A DNA stretch of 64,000 nucleotides from Octopus bimaculoides (GCF_001194135.2 NC_068984.1:64037624-64101623); one strand, 5' to 3'; positions 25,752-40,527 are shown, numbered from the stretch's first letter. The notes: generated by a model from the letters alone, not told the origin. Translations and numbers: made by a program.

Positions 25752-26564
25752 GTTTTTATTTGTTTCAGTGATTTGACTGCTGCCATGCAGGAGCAGCACA
25801 TTGAATAGTTTTTAATCGAAATAAATTTACACCGTGACTTATTTTCTAAAGCCTAGTACTTATTCTATCGGTCTCAGTACCAAACCGTAAAATTACGAAG
25901 ACGTAAACACCAAAACTATTCGTCGATCGATGATGGAAGGGGGGGGGGGGCAAATACAGACACAAAGACACACACACACACATATACGAGGTCTGATCAA
26001 TAAATGTCAGGACCGTTGCCATAGTGACGAAGCTAAAGCGTGCAGGGTAAATTCGCTAGGCGCAAACTGACCTTGAACTTGTTGTGCATACGCACTAATT
26101 TAAAAGTTATAACTCACTTCTGCTATTTACAGCAGTATTTGAAAAGAAGGTGTGTAGCGTGTGAAAATCGCATTGTCCATGACAGAGAAAGTTGTCATGG
26201 CGATACCTGCTCAGACGCCTATGCAAAGTTGCAGAAAATGTATGGAATGGAATGTATCAGCTGCACACAGTGTGTGAGTGCTTCAGATGTTTTCACGATG
26301 GCGTGTCTGTAACGTTTGTGCCAAAATTGCTTTCAGTTGAAACTCGGGTTTCAGTTGCATGAGATCTCCTTGATTGTCTCGAAAACAATGTAAACTTTTT
26401 GAAAACTTTGCGTAAGCCCCTGAGCAGGTATCGCAAAGCTTTTCGCAAAATTTGATGCAAATTCTCTGCCTAACTTTCTCTGTCATGATCAAAGTGACGA
26501 TCACATGCTACACACTTCCTTCGTTACTTTTGCAACAGTCGGGATACTTATTGATCAGACCGCG

Positions 26565-26644
<80 letters not shown>

Positions 26645-26862
26645 NNNNNNNNNNNNNNNNNNNNNNNNNNNNNNNNNNNNNNNNNNNNNNNNATATATAT
26701 ATATATATATATACGACGCGCTTCTTCCAGTTCCCGTCTAACAAATCCGCTCACAATACTTTGGATATTAGAAGACACTTGACCAAGGTACCACCTGTGG
26801 GACTGAACTCAGATCGATGTGGTTGGGAAGCTAGCTTCTTACCACACAGCCAGGCCAACACC
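25752..26862 (-). mobile_element. OR-like SINE interrupted by a mariner-derived element
   Basis: 3' SINE half at 25752-25985, 5' half at 26712-26862. Confidence 0.85.
25987..26564. mobile_element. Non-autonomous mariner derivative built from two inverted 5' ends, TA TSD
   Basis: TIRs CG(A/C)GGTCTGATCAATAA, about 46 bp imperfect; TA at 25985-86 and 26565-66; minus strand MTEKVRQRICIKFCEKLCDTCSGAYAK, plus strand GDTCSDAYAKLQKMYG. Confidence 0.85.
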
Positions 26863-26872
26863 TGTATACATG

Positions 26873-26995
26873 CAGGGTGCAGTGAATTAACTGTCTTCAA
26901 ATTACGCAAAAATAAAAATAACTTTGATATCTCACTTTAGCAGATATATTTACCAACATTACATGAAAATATCTTGGAATACTAAAGAGTAATAA
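26873..26995 (+). mobile_element. Solo long TIR of the maT-like family at 47070-47649
   Basis: cagggtgcag...aaaataac...atctcactttagcagatatatttac...aaaatat...aatactaaa resembles the reverse complement of 47530-47649. Confidence 0.65.
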
Positions 26996-27378
26996 CACTG
27001 TTAATAACATTGTTTACAAGATTCTATGCTTAGAATGACCAAATATAAACACCATTGGAACTTGCACACAAGATACAGGAAACTTATATATACACATATA
27101 TAGACCATTCTGGTTAAATAATGGAACTGCAAATATAATATCCTTATGTATCTCACTTCTATTTTCATTCCTTCAGTTCCCTCTGTATTTCATATCTTCT
27201 CTACAATAATTATTATTTAAACATTTTCTCGCACCGTCTCTAATATGTATATGGTAAATGAAAGACCGAAGATGGAATACACGAGAATTTTTATTAGACA
27301 TGACAGTTGTTCCGACGTATCTAGCATCGATCCCTCACGAGTAAGACGCTTAGCAACTTGTTCAAGTGTATCCAGCGG

Positions 27379-27970
27379 TACAGATGTGTGTCATTAGAGG
27401 GTAAGTATCTATCTATTTAGTTATTTATTTATGTGTGTATATATATATAAATATATCTATATATATATATATANNNNNNNNNNNNNNNNNNNNNNNNNNN
27501 NNNNNNNNNNNNNNNNNNNNNNNNNNNNNNNNNNNNNNNNNNNNNNNNNNNNNNNNNNNNNNNNNNNNNNNNNNNNNNNNNNNNNNNNNNNNNNNNNNNN
27601 NNNNNNNNNNNNNNNNNNNNNNNNNNNNNNNNNNNNNNNNNNNNNNNNNNNNNNNNNNNNNNNNNNNNNNNNNNNNNNNNNNNNNNNNNNNNNNNNNNNN
27701 NNNNNNNNNNNNNNNNNNNNNNNNNNNNNNNNNNNNNNNNNNNNNNNNNNNNNNNNNNNNNNNNNNNNNNNNNNNNNNNNNNNNNNNNNNNNNNNNNNNN
27801 NNNNNNNNNNNNNNNNNNNNNNNNNNNNNNNNNNNNNNNNNNNNNNNNNNNNNNNNNNNNNNNNNNNNNNNNNNNNNNNNNNNNNNNNNNNNNNNNNNNN
27901 NNNNNNNNNNNNNNNNNNNNNNNNNNNNNNNNNNNNNNNNNNNNNNNNNNNNNNNNNNNNNNNNNNNNNN

Positions 27971-28006
<36 letters not shown>

Positions 28007-28106
28007 AATATTTATATTTATATATATTACATATATTTATATATATACACACATAAATAAATAACTAAATAGATAGATACTTACCCTCTAATGACACACA
28101 TCTGTA
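27379..28106. repeat. ~65-bp perfect inverted repeat flanking (TA)n and an N gap
   Basis: tacagatgtgtgtcattagagggtaagtatctatctatttagttatttatttatgtgtg at 27379 and its reverse complement ending at 28106. Confidence 0.85.
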
Positions 28107-30411
28107 TATGAGCAATCTATGCTTTGAATACATGTTTGTGAATCGTGTGTGTTTCTGTTACTGAGCACGTGTGTATATGCAGGCACATGCGTAAGCGCGC
28201 GTGTGCTTCTCTGCATACATATACTGCTGTCGTAATCTAACGTTTTAATAATACATACATGTGACAGTTATTTTCTTTTAGTAACAAAACAGGAAGTTAA
28301 CAGTTTAACAACTTTCATTCATGTTTTTGCCGCTGCTTTTTGTTTCTTGCTTTTTGTGTTTCAAACGATCTGTATCTGCTGTATCTCAACATTGATATTT
28401 GGTTGGGATTCAACTAGTTATAATTATGTAAAACATACCTAACATTTTTGTTGTTTGAAGGAAATGTGTTAAAATAAATGGACTTCTTAAAATAGATATT
28501 TACTGCCTCTTTCATATTTCCGAAAGCTTATAAATTCCAAATTCAGACATCATTGAAGGACAATTCGAAATTATATAACTACAAGAAAATTATTTTAATG
28601 AATCCGACACCAAAATATCAGTAAATATTATACTGTTTTATTACATATACAGCTGTATATATATCTCAATGAAAAATTGCATAAAATAGAATATCTTATC
28701 ATCTATGCATAAATGAATATAAGTAAGATGAATTTTGCATGCGTAGGCAGCAGACAAAATAATTTACAGTAAAGTCTGCTAATAAATTCATTACACCATT
28801 TTACATAAACTTTCTGCAGTCTTTTTTTTTTATTAAAATCTATCCTTTCTTACCGTACGTATAATATTATGTGAAGAATCTATTAATAACTTAGAGCACC
28901 AGTATATCAATGAGTACGGACCTAATTACAAATCAATAGTGAATCGATCAGAATAAATTAAGTTTCTTTTCTTTACACTGTAAGTAATATTTCCCTAATG
29001 TATATATTATTAGTTCTCACCATTTCCAAAACTTTGGAATATATTATTCATTAAGTTGGAATTCATATTTAAACATGTCTACACATATTCAATTATATTG
29101 GTTTCTACAAATGTCTCTGTCTGAAAATTAGCTACCTTATATTATTTAGCTTCGTTCTTCTTCTGATGTGATAAAATCCGCTACAAACGTGGTTCATTGT
29201 TGTTGTTTTTCATAAAAGTAGTGGTTTATTATAAATACCTCTCGAATGTGAAGCAATAGGTTACTCATCAACAAACCAATCAACTTCCGGTTATGGGCCG
29301 TACTCTGCCTCTCCTCTACAGTCCACTATATTGGGCTTTGTATCACAAGGTTGATTTACTTCATGTCATCGACATTCATCCCACCGACTCAAGTGCCTCT
29401 AATCATGCAAGCCTTGCACCAAGCACATTTTTCAATTTTCCCTACCCAAAGAGAAAGTCTTCTAGAATTCTCTACCTACTCATGTTTTTCTTCAGTCATC
29501 GACTTCAATACAAACATGAACTACTTTGACCATACAAGTCTCAGAGGCATTATTAATGCCACATTGTCAATCCACACGAGGAACTAAACTATAAAGAGAC
29601 TAATACAACCTGAGGTCTATCTATTGGCTTTACTTCTCCAATACACATTTGCTGCGTAGAATTAATGAAACAATTCTTCATTATAGTAGATATGTACAAT
29701 AATGATTCTCCATTTCTATTATCTTTTACTTTACTATGAGCGATAACAAACGTAATCCACTTCAAACTTTTCTTTAATTCATTTCAGTCACGTAGGACAA
29801 AATACAAAGTTTGTCTTCTATCAGATTATAACCGAGTTACAAACCAGCCTCGTGAACTTTTAATTGGCGAATGTAAGACTTCGGTAAACAGTAAAATGAA
29901 AATCGCTTACCGAAAACAAATTACTTTCGGATAAGAATGTTAAGCCAAGAGTAATGCAAATCTAACATATTTCTAATGTTAGTGTTTAATGAAGAATGTA
30001 AAGCCTTAGGTATTCGAATATCTACATAACTTGCGAAATAGATGAAGCCACAAATGGGTTATTGCACCTGACAATATTTATACCCATCCAATAGGATTAA
30101 GAGTTGAAATCAATTCAGTAATATTATTGTAAATTCCCCCTATATTAAATAATTTTGGTGTTGACAATAGCCCTTAACGCTAACTTTGTGTTGACATTAA
30201 GCCTTAACAGTAGTCTTTTATAGCACAAACTAAATTCAGAAAAATACTCCAATTTTCTCAGCAGTAACAGGGTGCAAATATATGGACAGATCTATAGTGA
30301 TGAATTAATACATAAACTACATCTACAGCTGTCCCTCGCAAGCAGATATGACTTCGTAGTATGCACACCACTTGTTTTAGGTGTTTATGTAGTCTACGAT
30401 ATGCCAGCGAG

Positions 30412-30417
30412 CGAGCG

Positions 30418-30498
<81 letters not shown>
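30412..30498. repeat. (GAGC)n(GA)n microsatellite
   Basis: Direct reading. Confidence 0.95.
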
Positions 30499-30504
<6 letters not shown>

Positions 30505-30699
30505 TGCTCCAGTATAGGGATTGTACGTTAATCGTTATTTTCGAAAGTATGAAAGGCAAAATAGACCTCGGAGGGATTTTAACTCAATGCACAAAGAGAC
30601 AGAAAGATTAAAGTAATGCATGCTGTCTGTTGTTCCAATGGATTTCACCTGCAAAAGCATCTAAAAATAATTGTTTCTGATTAAGCCGCAAAGCCAGAA

Positions 30700-30830
30700 A
30701 TTCTGAGGAGAGTGGGTTAAATGATGCCGACGATCCCATTACTTGACTGGTATTATATTTATCCACCGCAGAGAGACAAAAATCAAATTTGACATCGAAC
30801 ACCGTGAAATAATAAGTACCAGCAACATCA
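30700..30830 (-). mobile_element. Degenerate OK-like SINE
   Basis: gactggtattatatttatccaccgcagagag... resembles the reverse complement of the OK-like body. Confidence 0.4.
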
Positions 30831-32697
30831 GAATGTAAATAGCACAATTATTTGCGACAAACTAATTAAAAATATTATAAATTAATGAAGGTCGCTACCT
30901 ATCTTGGTTCAGCAATGCCCAAGCATATTTATGACACTTAAGAAGCCCTCGTACTCTGAATTTGATCCGCAACTCCAGCGACTCTGATATATTATTCTTC
31001 AAGATGACTCAATATTTGATGAATAGTTTAGTTAGATTCCAAAGTTATCTAAATCGGAACCTAAGTTCAATATCCATTTGAAGCAATTTTTGCCCCACAT
31101 GTACTATTTTATTGCTGTATGGAAATCATGTTTTACCTCCATTAGCAATTGTAACCTCAGCACGATCACTCGCTCAATCTAGCAGAAGTAGTAAGCCAAT
31201 CTCCTCAAACTGGTTAGTTTGTAGCATCTTACAAAATGAAGGATGTGATAGAAACTATTAATCCATTTATAAATATGATAGGATGATCGTGGTCAGGACC
31301 CATTAGATGAGCGATAACAGGCAAACCACTTCAAACTGTTTGATCGAGTTTGATCTGAAACTAAATGGCAACAGCCATAGTATGGAAAAACGAAAACGAT
31401 CGTAATTTGTAACTCAGATTGGTAGTTACAGCAACAAAGTTTCACTTAAATTGCATACTACTTTCATGAAAATACAAAAGTTACATTAGATAATATAGTC
31501 ATAGGTTCTCCAAAATTATAAAGAACGACTGGATACTCATGACTGCAATTCTTTTAAACACAAGTCTGTACTACTATGGTTTGACTTAGAAGATAATCAG
31601 AAAGAAATATTTCTACGATTAGAAATATATTTGGAGGTAAACATTTAAAAATATTTTTGTTTTATTTACATCAATCAACTATTTTATTTGTTTAATATTG
31701 TTTTATTTAAACCTTCGTTCAATGTTGCTCGAAAGTATTTGATTGCTGCAGTGGATATTAACAGGCGCTCTTTACAACAGTCGGAAAATGTACTTCTGTC
31801 GTATCCTGGTGTAGAAGCCTGTATTAAGGAGAGATAGTTTCAATTCTTATTAGAACCTAATTTCACATTCTCTTTGATGCTTAAACAATACGTATTTCTT
31901 TTTACATACATTTAAATTTGGTCGAATTTATTCATTCCTACAAAGTGTCGTGTAATCTGAAAATTTTGCCAGTTATTTATTGTCCTGTTCGCACTAATAT
32001 CTCTGTAATTCCATGTGTTAAATTTAAAAGTACATTATTTCAAGTTTACTAGTACATATAAAATTAGCATAATATATAAAGACGAGACAGTTCGATTAAG
32101 TACGAACTATCATTTAGGTTTTTAGAAAAATAAAATTCTTTATTATAATGATTCAAATATATATAAGGACATTGGACGAGATAAGATTCAAGGTTTCAAG
32201 CGAAACGTAAAGGGTCGATGATGGTATTACCTATAGCTCGTATTTAAAAACAATTTATTTATTTTCAATGGGCTGCATATTTGATAAGATACAAATTGTT
32301 TTTTTTCTTACTGTTTCCACTGTTTCCAAAATTGCTCTTACTTTGTTGCAGACATAGTCGTCTAAGTAATTGTCAGAAAATTATTATCCGCATATGGTAT
32401 AGAAGTTTTATAATAGCCATTATAAAATTATCCCTCAGGTAATAATTTTCAAATATCTGAATATATATTCATCTAAATTGTTATATAAATTGTAAATTGA
32501 ATGATAGACAAATTATTTTTTTTTATTATTCAGTATATTATATGTAAAATGCTTTAGTCAAAAAAGTTTACGAAGACGTTGTTTATTACCTGTTCATAAG
32601 ATTTCATTAACACTTCTCTATTTTGAGGGAACTTTCGGGGAAGCTCTGACAGCGAAATAGATTTAATCCCAAGCAAATGTTATGTCAGTTTAATGAA

Positions 32698-32728
<31 letters not shown>

Positions 32729-34149
32729 ATTTCTCTCTCTCACGCACGCTCTCTCGCTCACACACACATGCGTACACACACTCCTCTCTCTCTTCTACTT
32801 GCTCTCTCTCAGCACAGGAATAGATGTGCAATTCATTATGTTCTAACCTAAATCCTGGTATCAATATTGGAAAACATATTTTAAACGTACTTCAAACTAA
32901 TTCATAATGCTGATTCCCAGCTGTATTTACACAATATTAAATTTTTAAGTAAGGGCTGTTATATTTAATCTAGTGAACTATAATCCACGCTCACTCACTT
33001 CAAATTACACTCATAAGAAAAAAAGATTAATCCTTAGCGTTGATGATAATTATAGGCATGAGAAGCAAGTGAGCCAAAATTGAAAACCAAGGGGCATATT
33101 AGTCTACGAAATTAATATGTAACACCTATATTTGTCTAGGCAAAATTAGTTTTGTTTTGATCACCTTTGGCTAGAAAACTGAAATTGGATTTTGGAATGC
33201 ACCATTAATAACGTCGAACTAGCAAAGGAACCGTTTCGTGGTCACTTTATCAGACAGAAATAGCATATAAATAACAGTGAAATCACTATAAGGTATCTGT
33301 ACAAAAAGAAAATAAACGGAAGAATCCATGGGATAATTTTTACTATGCAAAATGGGGAGGTAGCCATGGTTTGAAGCGATATTAGTCTGATCGATCAGCT
33401 ATGACCAGGGTTAGGCTTCAACAAAGACAATCACGGTATTAATTACGGAAGTAAATTGAAATATCTTCCATCATGTGCAAAATCCAGTCTATGGATCGAC
33501 AAAATAGACCCTGTGTGGTCGCTAGACATGACAGCATCAGTAGCTGAATCAATGTCTAAACATTATATCCTATCGCCTTGAAAGGGAGTATTACAAGGAA
33601 TAATGTAAATCTAGACGCTATGTGTCTAAACATAAGACACACTTACTAAGGCAAAGAACTGCTTAAACAGTACCGACTGGATCTTAACAACAATAACAAT
33701 CTGATTAATTATTTCTAATTCTTAGCTTGAGCAAAGTAATTCAAAGTGAGATAAACATTTCTACGTAAGCATATTACATTTAAACAAAATTAAAACTGAC
33801 TTCACTATTTCTTTTTTTTGTTTTTGCTATTATATTCCCTAATATAAAAATGATTCAGTGTTTATATTAGGGAATATATTCATAATTGTTTTGAAACTCT
33901 GCCAGATTATTTTGCAATGCTATAGCCATAAGTATCTATACTTAACATACAATATTCCCTGCAAGATACTGGTGCTCCCCATCCACATGGAGAATGGAAA
34001 TGACGTTAAAAGTAGTGAGCAGATAGCAAATACGGAGGTTCAGAGGCAGTAGCTAATCCATCGCATGGTGTTCTTTTATATGCGAGTTAGGTTTTTTTTA
34101 GAGCTTTTTTATATAACAGTAATGCAATCATGCATATATTAGCAATACT

Positions 34150-34510
34150 CCAAGGTGTGAGTGTAAAATTATTGCTTGCCAACCACACGGTTCTGGTTTC
34201 AGTCCCACTGAGAGGCACATTAGGCAAGTGTCTCCTGTTATAGTCTATAGCCCCTGGCCGACCAAGGTTTGTGAGTGCTTTTGGCTGACGAAAAATGAAA
34301 TAAGCCCGTCAATTGTGTGTGTCTGTATTTGTTTGTGAGTGTCATTGTGTGTTTGTCCACCAACCACTGCTTCATAACCGGCGGTGGTGTGTATATATCC
34401 CCGCAACTTAGTGGTTCGAACAAAGAAATCGATGGGATAAATTACAGGCTAAAATAAAAATAAGTACTGGTGGAGTCGATGATATTGACTAAAGCTCCAC
34501 AAGGCAATGC
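34150..34510 (+). mobile_element. Degenerate OR-like SINE
   Basis: ttgccaaccacacggttctggtttcagtcccactg...ggcaagtgtc...gaaataagcccgtc...cttagtggttcg. Confidence 0.8.
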
Positions 34511-36789
34511 TTTTTTTGATGGGGGAGGGGCTCCAATGATGAAAAGGTAATATTTACTGGGCAAATTTATATAGTGTAGAAGTGATATTAGGTATTTTTT
34601 ACGTTTATTTCTGTTAAAAATCAGCATTCTTTATGTTAATAGTACTCTGAAATCCGTATTGTCCCTTTGAAATAGATAGTTCGAGGTTTGAAATTATTAA
34701 TCTCACTTTAAAGCGGCAAATTTCTCATTTAGAAGTAAAATCTGGACCCATAGAATTCTAATACACTGCCTTTTCTGAATTTCATGCGATTTGGCTCTTA
34801 CTCTAAAACGTTCAACAAAAGCATTGGAAGTACTTGGGTGATAAATAAGTTGTTTAAGGGCTAGTAACACTGAAACACGCATTTCTCAAAAACAGTATAC
34901 AAGAGTTGTTAACATCTCATTTATCTAGTGAAGTTCAGTAGATAATTTAACGCAAGTAGTATTATTGCTAAATGCATTGCTCATCTTTACAGTAGCGATT
35001 ATTTTTTTTAATCTGTAACACATAATTTAAGATATTGGACAAAGTCATTTAAGAGATATGTGTGATAATCTCCTGGAATTTGTATGGTTCAACTTATATC
35101 CCATGCCACAAACCTATGATGATATACAATCTAGTTGTCCCCATCCGATCATTATGACATTTATAGTTTAACTAGGACTGTATATTTTTCTAATGTGTTT
35201 TTATTTTTCATTTTGCTAAAAAAATAGAGTATGATTTTACGTAGAATAGTTTTCTAATTTTTGCAGATCGAGTAAACAGCCAAGTTACAAACCGCCAGAT
35301 ATTTGACCCGTTACCCAGTACTTTATCCGTTTACACTTCAAAGCAACCTAATGATTGAATAGATGTAGTATAAACTATCTTTAGACGATATTTTTTGCTT
35401 TATAGTAAGAATGCCTAAGACCGAAAAAAAGTATAATGATATTTCTAAGGGTTCAATATAGACCTAACACAAATTTGAAACCTATTTTATTGCATAAAAC
35501 TGGTGGAAACTGCAAGTTTGATCCACATTTAATGGACTGAAGAAAAGGCTAATTTGCTTTCTTAAAAGAAAGTTGTTGCTTGTGCTTAGGTTAGCCTAAT
35601 TGAGATCATTCTATTGTATAAGCGCAAGGCGTCTTGTATAAATGATCAAAAACATTATAGGTGCAATTATCCGCTCTGTTTACCTTCAATTATAGTGCAC
35701 ATGATATTATACCATATTATGTGTCCTTCTTTCGTTTATCACTTGTGATTTGAGAGAGATTTGGTCCTCATTTCCGAGCAGGTCTATCATAAAGTCATTT
35801 TTTACTGGCTCGTAAAACGTGGAAAGGTTCAGCGGTTATACAACAATCCTTTAATGTATGATTAATATTTCATATGTATTTTTATATTTCTTATACAATG
35901 TACTTTCCCTGATATTTTTTAGTAAAACTTTTTAAGACTATTGAAATGTATTGCTCTTTTACAAAATAATAGAAAACTATTATTGAACTTGATTTTCGTT
36001 TATACTTATTTGTTCTGGCGCTGTTCCAAATTTCTTACAGTCCCAGGAATAAATTGGAGAATAAATTAATGATAATCATTTCTCTTTGAGACAGTGATTA
36101 TATGAAACACATCTTCCAAATGCCATGAATATTTAATATTTCATTTCGTATATTTCTAAAGCATAACGGAATTTCCTGCAGCATAGGCACTAATACGCTG
36201 CTTGATATAATAGTAACTCTTGAATTGTATAGTAATTGCTGTTTTCATGAAGATATATTAAGGAATGATTAGTTATATTCCATCTTCTGAGTATAGTAAA
36301 TGGTATACAGAAATGTTCACTAAGATTTAGACAAAACCGTTATTCTGCTTTCAAAGAAATCTCTATTGGCTAATCGGAAACATTTTCCATGTAAATTGAA
36401 TATTTACCAAAAATTGTGCGCAGGAGATATGTAACTTTAAATTAATTCAATTAATGAAATAATTATAAAATTAGTAATTTTGATTTTCAGACGTTATAAT
36501 TACAATCAACATAATAGATATATTAAATTGATTTAGATTTCGTGAAATATTTAAGGGTAAGCTTACATATAAATACATATGTATGTGCGCGTATGTAGTG
36601 CGCACGTATGTATATTTATATATATGAGTGTGTGTATACGTACATACATACATACATGCATACATACATATGCATGAATATTTGTACGCGCATAATGTTG
36701 CATGCCACACATATTCGCAACCAAATGTATTGGTAAAACAGATGACTGTTCAGGAAACGCACGCCAACACACAGGTACACACACACACA

Positions 36790-36847
<58 letters not shown>

Positions 36848-37243
36848 TGTGTGTGTGTTTGTGCGTATCTATATATATATGTATATATAGAGTGTGAGGG
36901 AGAGAGGGACGGAGAGATCGGGAGAGCGAGGTAGAGAGAGATGGAAGGCATGGGGAGCGGGATGAAAGAGAAAGGAAGTACTTAATGTGTATTATTATAT
37001 CTTTATGAAGGTGGCAGCGCATATATTCCAAAACCTGTGCACATAATTGAGTGAAACCGTAAGTGTGTCTCTACATGCATTTAAGAATATTAATATATTC
37101 ATATTAACTTATTGACTTAAATACATTCATTTGTAAACAACATTATAAATATTATAAATAACAGAGATTACTGTTTAACTTGCCAGATTAGCCGAAACAT
37201 AGGGAGATCAGTCAATTGGAAATATTTGGGATAAATACCAATG

Positions 37244-38767
37244 TAAATAATTAGTTTCCTGAAATTCAGTAATTAAGATGTAAAGAAATATGTAATTAAG
37301 ACGAAAGGAAACAAATACAAATACTTACATGTTCTGAACATGATTAATGTTGTTATATGTATGCATGGAATAGAAATCTATTCAACTATGTCTTTGAAAA
37401 TAAAGCTCGACGAGAAAATAAAGACATTCAGAAGTCGAATTTATTTTGAATGGAATAAATTTAATAGCTTAAAGAGGCGAACACAACAACCAGAATGGAT
37501 AAGCATTCATGTATATATGCACACAACAGTTTATGCTAGAAGAATAGGGAGAAAATTGAGATGTAGGTTATTTATGTTTCCATGTGTTTGCTAAAAATGG
37601 GTAAATATGTATTTGTGTATGAATATGTTGTATAAATATCATATTCTCTCACACAAGCTAATGCATAATTACACAACCATATGCCCACTCGTAAATTCAT
37701 ATAAATGATATTCAATATATGTGTTAAGATGCTTGAGTAAGTATGTATATATGCGCAAAATGTTTGATATATAAATATATATGCGTATATGAACACTATT
37801 GTATTCCGTGGAACGTATACAAGTTAATTTATAAAATATCCCGTTTGTTTGTTTGTTTGTTTGTTTGTTTTGCAAACTATGGTTAATTTGTGAACTTATA
37901 AACCTCACCTAGGGATGTTAATAAAATGGTTTCTAGTCTAATAAATATTCCACAGAACATGTTGCATTTTGGGGTCATAGCGTAAGCGTAATATAAACAG
38001 AGATCAGAAAATGTATTAACGAAATGAAGTCTGTACAGCGCAAATGAATTAATGATGTAATAAGCATCAGATATCAAAAAATGCTATTAGCAAGCAAAAT
38101 CTAGATAAAACATCACATTATTTTAGTCTTTTCTGTATTGCTGCAATCTGAATTTTAAGGTCTTTTGTATTCCAATATTCCGTAATCAATTTTATTTCTT
38201 TTTTCTTAATACAAAACTTTTCATGGTTTGACACTTCCTCTTATACATGCTCTTGCATATCTTTTTCCCAAATCTAGAAGATTTTTGCATTCATGTAGTG
38301 ATGTGTGAGATGTCTTTTGATATCAGATTCTCCTCCAAAGCTAATGAAGGTTTCCGGTACACGGTAAAATTGTTTTAATACACTTTATCTTGTAGTCAAA
38401 CGACATTATTCAGTCTGAACATATATGGTGTTGTCCAAAATACTGAGAACCTCTCCGCACTAATTTATACGCTCAATGGGAATCAGAAATGAAGAATCAG
38501 ATACCAATATTGGAAATTTCTTGAAAGATATTTTCTCCGCTTCATAGGCTATAATACAAAATATTGACACCTTGATACCTTGTCGATTATTGGGGACACT
38601 TTACATTTAATCCGCTATCTATATATTAGTTTTCTGAAATTAAATAATTAGTTTCCTGAAATTCAGTAATTAAGATGTAAAGAAATATGTAATTAAGACG
38701 AAAGGAAACAAATGCAAATACTTACATATTTTGAACATGATTAATGTTGTTATATGTATGCATGGAA
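37244..38767. repeat. 127-bp direct duplication (37244-37370 and 38641-38767), 3 mismatches
   Basis: taaataattagtttcctgaaattcag...tatatgtatgcatggaa occurs twice about 1.4 kb apart. Confidence 0.95.
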
Positions 38768-40491
38768 ATGTTACTTTGATGTGGATAATAGATGATAGGT
38801 TTGTGAAGATGATTTTATTATAGATCCACTTCTAAAATTTTACACACAATGCCATGTACACGCACATACATATTGGCACACAACTCAAACACATCCACAT
38901 ATCTTTGTATATATGTATATATGCTGAAAACCAAGATATTCTCGACAAACGCAAGGTTTGAAACCAAAATACTTTTGTAAAGACAGTAGTAACATGTTAT
39001 ATTGCAGGGAATTCTTGATTTTTACAGTAATTTTTCTTCTCTGGATCTTGTCATTCTTCCCGATTTCATCTCTGGAAGCACTATTCTAGCGTACCGTAAA
39101 GGTCCTAGCTAAGCTGAGATTTCTTGATCTCCCTTTCCTTTCTCCGCTTCCCATGCTTTCTGTTCTTCTAAGTCTACACAGATCTAATTTGCACGGCTGC
39201 AGTTATTTTATATTGCTTATTGAGATTTTAATTTTCACTAAATGAATGAATTACTCTTTCACTTCAGTTAGTTGCTTAGAGTTTTTGGTGTAACCCGCTT
39301 TCTCGCTATTCTTTGGTTTCTATCCAGTTGAGCCTAGTTTATCCTGTTGAGTGTCATCTCATCTTGTCCATTTGACTTATTCTCTTGTTGAGAACGCTGG
39401 GACATTCGTGGTTTCTTAGTGCGTTTCTCCTAAAGATTTAAGGGGGTGCTGGTAATGAGAGTATTCTCTCTCTTTTATTCTAAGAGTTCTCCAGCGTATT
39501 ACCTAGAGCTTCCGCTGTGCACTGCATCTGTTATCTCTCGTCTCCAGAATCATTCCCTAGCATTTTTTTTGGTTCTTTACAAACACCTTTTCATTGACAT
39601 TTACAATACCTCTTCAGTGAATGATGTTTCAGGGAACCATTATCATCAGTAAACGTCTACACTCGGTTTTGTGAGACATTCACCCACCACCTCTTGGGAC
39701 ACTCTGGAGACAGTGCTCACTCTTGAGTTTGGTAATTTGGACAGTGATCCCTTGCCTGTTTTTTTTATATACGATAGCTGTCTTATACACATGCACCAGT
39801 CTTATATAGTGGTCATCTCTCTTTCCAGGGTCACTAAACATCCATCGCTGCTTTCAACTTTTCTAGAAGTACAAACGTTACCCAGAAATTCATGAAAGTA
39901 GTTACTTCTTGTTTATTCAACTTTGAAGAATGTAGCTTTGACCAGGTGTTGATACCATTGGACAGTATCATTCCATAATTGTGTTTTAATCAAAAACAGT
40001 AAAATATTTTTGTTAACAGGTCGGAAATAATAGCCAAAATCACAGCCCATGTACTGCTTCTAGCGTCTGCTTTAGCGTCTCACACTCCAGAGCCAACAAG
40101 TGGAATTTTGTTTATATTTTGCTGATTCTATCACGCTATGAGTATCTACTTTATCTCCTTTCCTCTTATCGCAATAACTGTAAGAATTCTCCATTTGCAC
40201 AAGATATATTTCGTATTTCGTATTTGCATGACATGCAAGCATTAATAATGTCGAAATGATGATGTAAACGTGGAAAACTATACAATAGGAAAATTCCAAG
40301 TGACAAAGGTTGGAAAAACAATATCAATCGTTGATATTTCCTAAAATATAGTCCTCTTTTAAACATACACACACATAACCACAAGTATATATATATATAT
40401 ATGTGTGTGTGTATAGATAGATACATACATACACATATATATGTATATATATACATATATACACACATACATGTATACACACATTCGTGTG

Positions 40492-40527
<36 letters not shown>

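Noticed and set aside
39000-39900. Possible LINE endonuclease remnant
   Set aside because: No diagnostic motif could be read with confidence.
40020-40299. Overlapping open frames on both strands, one signal-peptide-like
   Set aside because: The minus ORF starts at TTG, several frames look equally plausible, and no motif could be confirmed (vague piggyBac or CUB resemblance only).
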